Positions 51,449 to 62,200 of a DNA stretch of 64,000 nucleotides are shown here, one piece after another. This DNA comes from Phoronis australis. Lineage: Eukaryota; Animalia; Phoronida. The notes under the pieces are model-generated. The model was not told where the DNA came from. It did not search any database and saw only the letters and a program-made list of their open reading frames with translations. The stretch's first letter is position 1, and every line of letters starts with the position of its first letter. The position numbers and the translations under genes are program-made. Location: positions 1 through 64,000 of the forward strand of contig NMRA01000940.1 in assembly GCA_002633005.1 (NCBI GenBank), given 5' to 3'.

Positions 51449-51473
51449 GTGGCACACGTGTGCCACCTAGTGG
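51449..51473. promoter_or_regulatory. CTCF-consensus site overlapping a perfect 18-bp palindrome centred on an E-box
   Basis: GTGGCACACGTGTGCCAC (51449-51466). The minus strand of 51460-51473 reads CCACTAGGTGGCAC. Confidence 0.5.
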
Positions 51474-52177
51474 AAAAACTTTACTAAGTACCTCCCAATA
51501 CAAAAGAGTTACCGTTGTTTCTGTCACGGCTCCTGTAAACAATTAGTGACCGACTACCGTTGTTTCCAAACCTCGGACGTGTGTTCCGTGGGCGAGAGAA
51601 CCTCCCAAAAAAATTAAACCCATGGTTAAAATTAGTTTCATAAAACAGAACCTAAGAAATTCGAAGAAACACCTCGGCCAATGATGAAAAATTTGTAGAA
51701 ACTTATAACCACCGCCATATCTGCAGTTGGCAAAGCGTTTGACGGTGTAGTTTCTAGTTGGTTCATAACTATTTATGAGTTTTAACTGCTGAAATCTCTG
51801 TTTACAATTGCCTATATATGTAAAGTACTGTGAGTACCATTAATCCGTTAAACACGTACTATGCAGTGCTGTATTGGGACGTAGGCGCCAGCCAACCACC
51901 TTTTGGCATTTGAACGTACAGCGCCTACGAACCGTAATTTACGTTCAGTGCTCAAGATGGTACGGTGGGCTTTGGTCTCCTACTTACCTCTTGTTACCAC
52001 TCCAGCACTGGTACTATATTGCCAACAAGGTCATGAAAAATCGGCGTACTTGTAGTCCTGACACTGACTGTTTCTTACAAAGGCAGGCACTGAACAACTC
52101 GTATAAATGAAAGAGATATACAATTGTAATTCTTATGAGACTATTGGATAAATTATCAACATTATACCTTAATAAAA

Positions 52178-52434
52178 CAGTGGCAGATCTAGGATACCAT
52201 ATAAGGGGGACCAAAGATGTTGCCTCGGAGAATTGGGTAAAGCGCGATTGTATGGACAGGCAGCCCGAAAGTTGCGGGGGCTGGCGATATGGACTAAAAA
52301 AAAAAACGGGAACACGATTCCCCTGCGCTCTGCCCTCCCCCCGGCATTCCAAATTGGTGCACTGTTTCTTGCACCAGCCAAGGGGGGGGGGGCGGACCCC
52401 TGCCCCCCCCCCCTTAAATTAATCCGCCTATATG
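52178..52434. mobile_element. GC-rich MITE relic related to the 27170/56639 family
   Basis: CAGTGGCAGATCTAGG...G-run/C-run...AATCCGCCTATATG, with flanks TAAAA/TAAAC. Confidence 0.55.
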
Positions 52435-52635
52435 TAAACCATCGGAAATACTAGTGATCCTTTCGTGTAATTCGCAATAGTCTTCAAGCTCGATCTGCCA
52501 AAATCCATCCTTTCGAAGGCGTCTAACCTAACTGTCCGAGTATTTTCCCCGAGTACCTGAGGCCTGCAAAAGTTTGGTTCATTGGGCCGAGTTTTTTAAT
52601 ACTGTTGTATTTGTCGAACTTCGCTTCATTTACGG

Positions 52636-54770
52636 CCGGTTTTCCCGTTGCTCCCAACTTGTTCGATTCTATAGCCCAACAACAAGTTGGGAAGTTTACC
52701 CCTGTTGCCAATATCTTACACGACTGATTAACTCCATTCTGGCATTTATGGTTGGAGGTTCAGCTCTCTTAGTGTTCGATAATTGCTATAATCCCCAATA
52801 AGATCGTATATACCCTGACCGGGTTGTGCTGTTAAAAATAAAAGTTAAGTTATACAATATTTGAACATACAATAGCTTTTCTGAAATCTTCGTCAAATGG
52901 TGATCATGTTTAGTATTTGAATCTCCAAAATAGCCCAACTGCAACCGAAGTTACGCAATATATTCTTTCCGATTACACCAATTTAATCTGAGTTTGACTG
53001 CGTTCACACGTGGTCTGAAATAAGCCTGAGTGGTAGATAATTGGCTTACTTGCTGTCGTAACAGACAAAAGAGTGTGCTTGGCCAGTTAACAAAGACGCC
53101 AAAAAAGCTAGATGTTATCACACGCTCAGAACCCCCTACTGTACGTCTGGTAAAGTCCCTGAACGGGAAAACGCTGTCATGTTGTGTTTTTTTAACGAAT
53201 TTGGAATCTTATTTTCCTTCTTGCCTTGTGAACAGTTGACAGATCCGAAAAAAAAACGGAAAAAAGAATGACGGACAAGTTCATTCACTATCCTTTGCCA
53301 GAGAGGTTGCAGAATTTATATTCTTGAATTCAGTAAAGCAATATGCTTGGCAAAAGCTGTACATTACAATTAGTTTCGACTTTTCCGAAATACATAATGT
53401 TTTAAAGTAGTACACGTTTTCGTATGGGCTTAGATAGTTTTGGTCCTTGCTTTTTTAGCGAGATCCTAACGAGGTCGATCCTAGCGTTATTTTAATAAGT
53501 TTAAAAACTCTACCCTGACAGAGTCACAATGGCGTTATTACAGTGTCAAGTATTTTCATCCGAAGAATTCCGAGATATTTGTTACTTTTTGGTTGTTAGG
53601 AAACCATGGAGTTCCTGATTGACAAACAACCGTAGTGTGTGTCAGACTTGAGTGAGTCTTTTTCGGGAGATTATCTGTAAGTTTTAGAAAATTCAAGGGG
53701 CTCAAAATACGTGTACTGAGTCGAATACGAAATTTTTTGTACCAGTACGCGGCACGCGCCTACGGTACACTAGCAACAGGTTGTCAAGGAGCGGGGGTTC
53801 CCCAATCGCCGCAAGGAGGAGCAAGGGATGGTGCAGCAGCAAGCACAAAACAGCAGGGAACTTGGCTCAAGATGGTCAAAGAGTAAGGCAGAAAAGTCTC
53901 AATGGGCAGGAGCTTTGAACAATGGAGAAACGCAAGCTTTGTTTACGCTGATATCAGTGTGCAGTGTACTGCCAATTCAAACAAGCATGTCGAGTGCCCG
54001 CCGCTGGATTGGGCACATGACAGCGTTTTCTCGTTCAGTGACTTTACCAGACGAAGGGGGTTCTGGCCGTGTGATAACATCTAGCTTCTTTGTTAACTAC
54101 CAAGCAAAGTCTTTTGTCTGTTATAACAGGCAGGCCAATTATCTACTAGGCTTAATACAAACCACGTGTGAACACCGTCAAACCCGGAGCGAATTGGTAC
54201 ATGAGAAAGAATAGATAATTGTACTCCGGTTGTAGCATGCGCGCACCCAGCGGGAGGGGGAGGGGGGCTCCTTCGAGCCCCCCATTTGGCGAAGTAGGCA
54301 AAAAGGTCCGCCTGCTTGATACAAAAAGTCCGAGAAAATGAGACAAACCGCGCAAATCACAGAGGTGCGCACATTTTTTTTTAGTCCGCCTGCTATTTTG
54401 TTACCAAAAAGGTCCACAGTCCACAACGCTAAGGATTCGAGCCCCCCATATTGAAGGCTGGGTGCGCGCATGTGTAGTTGGGCGATTTTGGCAATTCAAA
54501 AACTAAACATGATCACCATTAGACGAGGATGTCAGAAATGCGATTGGTTTATGTTCAAATATGTTATAACTTAACTTTTTATTTTTAACAGCACTGCCCA
54601 GTTAGGCTAGATACGATTAGAGCAATTATCGAACAAAAGAGAGCTGGTCCTGCAATTATGAATGCCAGAATGGAGTTAATCAGTCGTGTAAGACATTGGC
54701 CACAGGGGTAAATGTCCCAACTTGTTGTTCGGCTATAGAATCGAACAAGTTGGGAGCAACGGGAAAACGC
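52636..54770. repeat. Pair of ~330-bp inverted repeats (52636-52970 and 54205-54770; the second is interrupted by a MITE)
   Basis: GTTGCTCCCAACTTGTTCGATTCTATAGCC...TCTTACACGACTGATTAACTCCATTCTGGCATT...GGTGATCATGTTTAGT is reverse-complemented in 54478-54770 and continues at 54205-54235 across the insertion. Confidence 0.85.
54236..54472. mobile_element. MITE (237 bp) with perfect 16-bp TIR and 5-bp TSD TGTAG
   Basis: TGTAG|CATGCGCGCACCCAGC...GCTGGGTGCGCGCATG|TGTAG. The homologous empty site is visible in the inverted partner near 52938-52945. Confidence 0.9.
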
Positions 54771-55595
54771 CGTAATGCAGGAGTATTGTGCTGAGCACCA
54801 GCCACTCTCGTACATACATGCTTGCTGTCGTTATGTTCATTGGCTCTTGCAGGGGGCAGTTATACTTGATAACACGCCAAGGTTTTGAAAGCCCCAACAG
54901 GGCACCATCCTAGAAAAGTAGTTGAAGAAGCATTGGAGGGTCACGAGAGGACCAAGGTTCGCTGGTTTTGTACCTGCAGGTGACACAGAAAAACATTATG
55001 TACTGCGTCAGAGATTGAAAGCTGATGGCGTGTTTGCACAAACGAGTTGATTTTTCTTCCTGATTTGTCGATATCAACATTTATCCAGGCGTAATAATGT
55101 AATCACGACTAACCAAGTAAGTGTTGCTATTGGAATTCACTCTGCCGTGAGAGGAGCGTATAAAAGGAGCTCACGAGAGGACGAGGGAAGACTGGTAAAA
55201 CAAAAATGCCACGGACAATGTTGGAAAGTAGTGTCCTCCTGTAAAGGTTGGTTGCAGAGGTTTCATGGGCCAGTCAGTGTGTCAGGCACAAAGGAGAGGA
55301 AGCACATGCAGGAAGAAGTATTAACTGTGAGGAAGAATCACGAAACATAGCGGAATCTTGTGAGGGGAACTATATGATGCAATTCGCAGTTTATAGTCTT
55401 GGGCCGAGGTAATAAAGTTGGTCTCTTCATTTGGCACAACCCTTGGAGCAGCGGGCTGTTCTAAAACAGCGCGTAAGGACTCTATATGATGACAGCACTA
55501 TAGGCTTAGAGTCTGTGCTAAAGAATAATTCTTAAAAAGCTTAAGTTCTGAAAATTTTTTAGACAGAGTCCCAATCCTCAGTGAGATAAGTTCAT

Positions 55596-55667
55596 AATGA
55601 GCGGCGCATCATAGGGGGCGGCTGGGGGGCTATAGCAACCACTTATTTCAGTGCTGGGCCGCCCATG
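55596..55667. mobile_element. Very short MITE (72 bp) with 5-bp TSD TTCAT
   Basis: TTCAT|AATGAGCGGCGC...GGGCCGCCCATG|TTCAT. Confidence 0.65.
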
Positions 55668-56233
55668 TTCATATGCTCTAGCAATACCATATCGATACCG
55701 AAGGTCAGCCACTGATTTAAGCGCAGACTCGCCGACATATTCCTTATTGGATTCGTCAAAATTCTAGCTACTGAACTTGCAGAAGTGTCAAACTGTACGT
55801 TGGGCTGCCGTGTACTAAATGACTAAACAAGTCGCCTATCCGTTACTGTTCAGATAATACGTAATGCTGCAAATAATTTTTGTCAATTAATTTTGTTGCT
55901 CTAGGGAAAAAGTAAGTCTATATCATTTCCCAAAAATTCCACTGAAATAGTCACCCACAAACAGAAAAGTTCATAGGTCAACAGTGACGTCAGTAGTAAT
56001 CATGCTTCAAAGATTTTTTACAACAACATTGATCACTGGCTATAGTTTTTATTGTATTTGTTAAAAATAAAACAAAATCGTTTCATTTCAACCGTGTCAC
56101 CTTTTTCAAATAGGATGCATTGTACCTGACCATAGTCTCAGAAATATACATACAAAACATTCTGATAGTACTAAAATGACACTTTCGCATTATGTGAAAG
56201 TCACTCACACTAACTAAGTTTTTAATCAGATCC

Positions 56234-59200
56234 TCAATACATAAATACTATCTGCCTATGCAGGCCTACGAGAAGAGCTATGAACATGGGGAAGAGTGGT
56301 AGACTGTTGTCCATTGCAGAATTCGTAGGGTCGTCGGTGATAGGGTCGTCGGTGGTAGTGACACCTTGCGGTGTATTCACGATTCTAATCCTTCCCTCTA
56401 CGCCAGTGGTTAATGGAGTATTGTGTCGCAGGTAATCAGTCACGGCGTCCGTGTCGAGCTCGCCTTCAGAAGAGAAATGCACAAATTAGCAGAACACTAA
56501 CATGAATGATTGGCCAGAAAGACTCTTACTACATGTGATATCAAGTTGCTAATGCTCTAGACCTCAGCACAACAGCACTGCAATACACGTTGCTGTGTAC
56601 TTACATGTATTAGAGGGTGGAGTTTATTATGGGGATTCCAGGGGCGGATCCAGGATTTTGAGTTGGGGGGGGGGGCAGAGCAGAGTATTAGCCAGGGTTT
56701 TTACTCTCAGAATTTCGCAACCCCGAATTTTAGGAGGGCCACGGCCTCCTTGACCCCTCTCTAAATCCGCCACTGGATTCCCATACAAGATTGTTTCGTA
56801 TCTTCATGGAAATTGGTTGAATCATGCAAACAGACGTTGATAGAATGTTTTGGATTATGAAAAGTTTAAGTTCACGTGACAGCAAACTGAACAGTACATT
56901 AGCCACTCCATTTCTGATTCCTCAAGTTCGTGGCACAGTCACATAAATATTTCGTCTTGAGTTCCGGGTAATGTGCCTTGCAAAAATAATTCCCAATAAT
57001 TCCGTTAACATACATTCAAAACTCAATTTATGCTTTCAAACTCACAGTCTCATAAGGTTACCGTTCAAAGTGTAGCCTACATGAGTAAACGCAGGGGGCG
57101 AAGCAACGCGGACGGACGAACGAACGAACGGAACAAAAGCAAGTTATCGATTTTGTATATAAATTTTCGTATGGAGCAATGGTACCGCGCTAATGTAGAT
57201 TTGTAAATAAATCTTTAAAAAACTGGCGTTGACGTGCCAGAAAAGTAAAAATCGGAAACGGCAGTCACCATGTAGTTGCACGTTCCTTGCGTAAACGCAA
57301 CACGTAAACTCACTAAAGTGCAAGATCACGCACTACAAGCGTTCAAAAGAGACACGTGGTTACATTATTTCTACTCGCCAAATTCTTCCGCCTGTGGAAC
57401 TGGGAGTTTTGTTTATGCACGAATTGGTGGAAGCAGACGACGGAGTCGTCGCACAGTGACACTTAATCTCTTTTCCAGAGGGAAGAAAACGCAAACACAA
57501 ATCTATTAGGGGCCAGTAATAAAGCTACCTCAAATCACGCTCAGCTCGTGAGTTTTTGGTAACAGCAGTAAAGCCCCCGGGTCCAGCTTTTTACGAAAAG
57601 GCAATTAAGTCTAACTAAAATGATAGGTTTCGAGGGAGAATTCTCTAACTGAAATCAAACAATGAAATTAAATGTCGTGATATCTGCGTCCAGTGGTCTA
57701 TAGAAATGAAAACAATAAAAATTGACCATTTTCCCGTGGTTTTTGTTTGCCTCTTTTGCTAAAGGGGGAGGAGGGGCCTAGCCCCCTCCCGGATATGCCT
57801 ACGATTACAATAACGCCGTTGTCAAGCGGTACGGCAGCTTTGTAACCCTTTTGACTGAACGGCACTAGAAGTGACTACGACAGAAGGCGCTTTGGCATCT
57901 CGGAATGCCGCTAAACAGGTAAGTATAAACGTACCGATTTCTTGGTAAGAAATTCTTCGATCACGAAGCATAGAGTAGCCATCGCCGCCGCCAGAGAGGT
58001 AGGTGGATGTGATTATCCTGTAACTTGCATTCCTTGTCAATTCCTTGTAGGCTGGTACTCGACAGTGAGAGCACAACACTTCAATATCGCTGACTCTGCT
58101 TCCGACAGGGTATCTCGGGTTATAGCTGAACTTCAAACCTATAGGTAAACTAAATATTAGTCACATGTAACAGTAAAAATCATAAGCCTCGCCAAAACCA
58201 CATGCTGTAATAATTCACTGACCGAAAACCTAAATCAAGCAGCCTCTTACGCCTACAAAAACTGTTTCAAATATTTCCATAACATCAAATATTTTACTGC
58301 CGTTACCATGTAGGTTTCAGAAAAGCACAAACTTAATTTCATCTTTTTAAATCAATGGTAAATTATTATCGATCTTAATTCAAACTAACGCGTTCAAACC
58401 TGTGATTTAATGTGTTCACTAGCTTCGGTACTGACACCACTCTTAATTTTTTGGAAAATCACAATTACAGCATTTATCAGCATACAAGAGCACATGTGCG
58501 CGTGTGCGTGCGCGTGTGAGCGAGCGTTTGCGCACCTGCGCGCGCGTTTGTGTGGTCCATAGGCGAATTCAAAGAGGTTCTAGTGGCCGGTCCCAATTAC
58601 GGAATTAACTTGTTTTACCTAAATTTACTGTGTACGTATTTGTGAACTTGTGAAAAAATACGAACTCTCTTTCTGATATATTATATTTTCAGTACTAAGT
58701 ATTGTCTTTGATACTAATGGAGAGTGAATTCTACGTTATTCCATGCGCTTTGAATCAGTAGAGTGCAATACGGCCATGTAATAATGTTTTCCGTGTTCAT
58801 CTCCTGTACTACTTCAACGGTGACCTCTGACATGGAAAGTTCAAAAGGTAGGTCAATGTCGACTCGACGTGGTTAGCCGGTTTGATCATCAAACTTTCCG
58901 AAAATACTTAAAAGTAAGACAATTGCATCAGTGTAAATAACATTCAACATACAATCAGGTCCCAATCGTAACACCTGGAATATGACTGTTGATAACATGA
59001 CAGTTCCGTCGCAGTATTCAATTGTTAAATATCACATCGTCTTCAACTCAGGCGCCGATTCCTCGTTAACTACAACACCAAACATTGTTGTTATTTAACT
59101 ATTTTCAGAAGATGTTGCAAGTTCAATGCACAGTTACCCCGTAATTTCCATCTTTGGTATGTCTTTTCAAGCAATAAATCGTTACATTTAAAACTGTTAT

Positions 59201-62200
59201 TTTACTAGAGAAAAGTTGCAACCTAACGCGCAAGCACATACATACATACAAGTATATGATGTGGTTCTCCACGTGAACAGTCTGAGTGAAGTATTAATGA
59301 ATCTGGCGAAAAAAATGAAATTTAGGAATTCGAAGGTGTGGGATAAATACAATTTTTCGGTCTCGATCGATACGCGAAATAATTTCTCGTGGCATATTAC
59401 TTCATCTACGCTACTCTTAGTACGTTCTGTGTATTTATTACTGATTGAAAATAGGTAGTAGTAATGGATTTTTTTTTCATGCAACGCGCACCTAATTAAG
59501 GACTAAGCCCCTATTTATTTTTCACTGAACACAATTTTCAATGAAATAAGGGCTCAGTTTTAGTTACATTAGTCAAAAAGATGTTCATAATAAAAGTAAA
59601 ACGATAGAAAACTATCACAGCTGTGAGTTAAGAACGAAGCAAATACACAATACAAAGTATTTAGAGAACATAGCTTAGTCCCTAGTTTGAGACTACATGT
59701 ACTTCTTGAAACTAAGCACTGCCCCCCATCCCCTAGAGGCACGATACATCGTTAGTGTCTGGTGTCAATGTTTTAAGAAGTCACTGGTTTGGTCCACTTC
59801 ACGGCATCCTAGTTACACCAGTGTGCGTTATTGCGAAGCATTTAAAAAACCAAGTGGCATTCAAAAATACTTGTTAAAGGACATTTCTCAGTACTTATGA
59901 TCTATACAAGGGGTTCGGGAAGTAGGTCCATAAACTCAAGCAACAGCTGGTCTCTAAATTTTCTGTGTTATGATGATAATTACGTTAGCAAATCTACGAC
60001 GTTTACTCATTCAGCTAAGTTCAACACAGGTCGGGACAGTCCTAAATTGATTTGCCGTCGCTTTTTCTGGTCATATCATTTGGAGATGGATGTAAACCCC
60101 TTGAACTGTCTGAACACCCGCCTTTCGTGATTTCCATCAAGTACGACTCAGGTTTGGAAGAGTTGGTCGGTCATGTTCAACTAAATATTATATTGGATCG
60201 TCATTTTACTTGCCGATTTGTACTGTTTGTTTGGAATTGGAAATCGTGTCCTGTCAAGGTATGGGAATGCTTTGTGCATATTTTATGTCATTGGTTGAAA
60301 TTTGCGCTTTAGATCGAGAGTAAGGAGGAATTAGTCCTTCAACTGAAAACCCTTTGTAATTGACATAGGCCAACGACATCATATTTGAAAAGGTTTCATC
60401 AGTTACCTGAGCTTAAACGAAAAACTTCCAATGAGTCCAAGTTCAGTGATAACTGTCTCCCCAGAATTTGCACAAACACACCCTCCCCTTTGACCGGCCA
60501 CCAGAAGTTTCCATGGACCTTCTTTATGAGTCGCCATGACAATTATATGGTTTGTTGCCTACGGTTTCTCAAAGTGAACTGTGCCAGCAAATGTCAGTTA
60601 AAGCAAGCAGGCTTTACTAAAGCTTGCAGTTAGTCGTCAGGCCAGACAGTTGTTTGGATACGGTGCGTTTTGAAGATTACATTGCAAATAAGAAAACGTC
60701 ACAACACATTTTATGCCGTAATTACTTTCATAACGCACTGACGTTTAACAAAGTTACCTGAAACCTGTAAAAATCGTGGGTGACCTGGTTGACTGACAGA
60801 GTGTTCCAATATGTCGCGGATAACGTCGCCCCTAACTTCTACTACATCCAAAGTGTTCAGGAACGGCAGAACATCAATCAGATTTCTAAGTGTGATGTTG
60901 CCTGCAAGAAAATGAATTAATAGTCTTCCTTATTTCCATGTCGACACGCGTAAGTTTAAAACAACCAACTAGATCGTCATAGATAGAGGCAAATCCCTTG
61001 CTGAATTAGACATAATCTGAAAAACCATAATCTCTTATCAACTGTTAAGTTCAGTTGTTGATGATCGAAAGACTCTTTACTGTAACTTCAGTATCCCTTC
61101 TTCACATTTTTGACAGAAAATCTGTTCATACTTTTGGCGTCATGTCGGCGATGCAATGAGACTTACCGCTATTCTCGATTTCTAGAAGAGCATTGCGTAA
61201 GCCCCCAGCGTTGTGTATGCAGATGGATGCGTCGTTCCACCCAGTCGACCTGTTGGACCTTTTTAGATTGGAATAAACAATCGCGTCGCAAATGAAATTG
61301 CCCAGGTTACATTCCTCTGTTTTGCAGTGATCGTTATCCATAAATACTCGAGTGTTGCCGATCACTTGAGAAGTTCGATTGAACAATATTCTTTTGTAGG
61401 ACTGTAGGTCGGCCTCTAATTCAGGATCTGAATAAAAAACGGTACAAAACCACGTGGTCATACCTAACCTTAGATTACGCTAAAGTAGGCAACACGTAGC
61501 CGATCGGTTGGCCATTTAGTGGCTACAATACTTCCATTCGCTTTCTGTACGCATTTCGTTACATGTGTTTTAAACGGTCGGTAGGCCAATGCCGGCCACC
61601 GATTTTGAGTTTTCACCTTATCAAAAATACATTCCACACTTAAAACTATCATTCAAAAAAGCGCTTACTTTCATCATTGGTCCTTTCTACTTCTATACAT
61701 ATCTTCGATGAAGTTTAGTTGTGAGAATTAAGGTGACTTTGGCGAAGAATTCCAAGTCCACTTTTTGGTTGCCGTTAAGTTTTTCACCAAGCGCGCGGTA
61801 ACCACAAAGTATGTCAACTGAGTCACTTGAGTTAGGCAAAGGTTAGCGCGAGACTGAGCGAAGCGCGTGATCCGAGCACGTGACACTTGCAAAGTTAATA
61901 TGACTGATGAGAAGGTGAAATTTGTAAGATTTGAGTCCCTTGGACTTTTTATTCGTCAACATGCGTGATTTCACGTAACGTCCTCAAAATGGCACCTGGT
62001 AAGAGTTAACTTGAGCAAACCGCGACAGATTTTCATCGATTTTTTCAAGTTATCTTGACTGAATCGTCTCCGGACTTATGATATGAGTTGTTTATGTGCA
62101 TATACTCATGTTTCATTTGATTTTATTACCTGTATTTTTAAATGAATAACTTTTTGTGGGGATGTACTATCGCCCCTGTATGGTGGCATCCAGGGTGATG

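Noticed and set aside
59494-59687. Imperfect 15-bp inverted repeat (GGACTAAGC/GCTTAGTCC), possible MITE
   Set aside because: Too short and degenerate, with no clear TSD.
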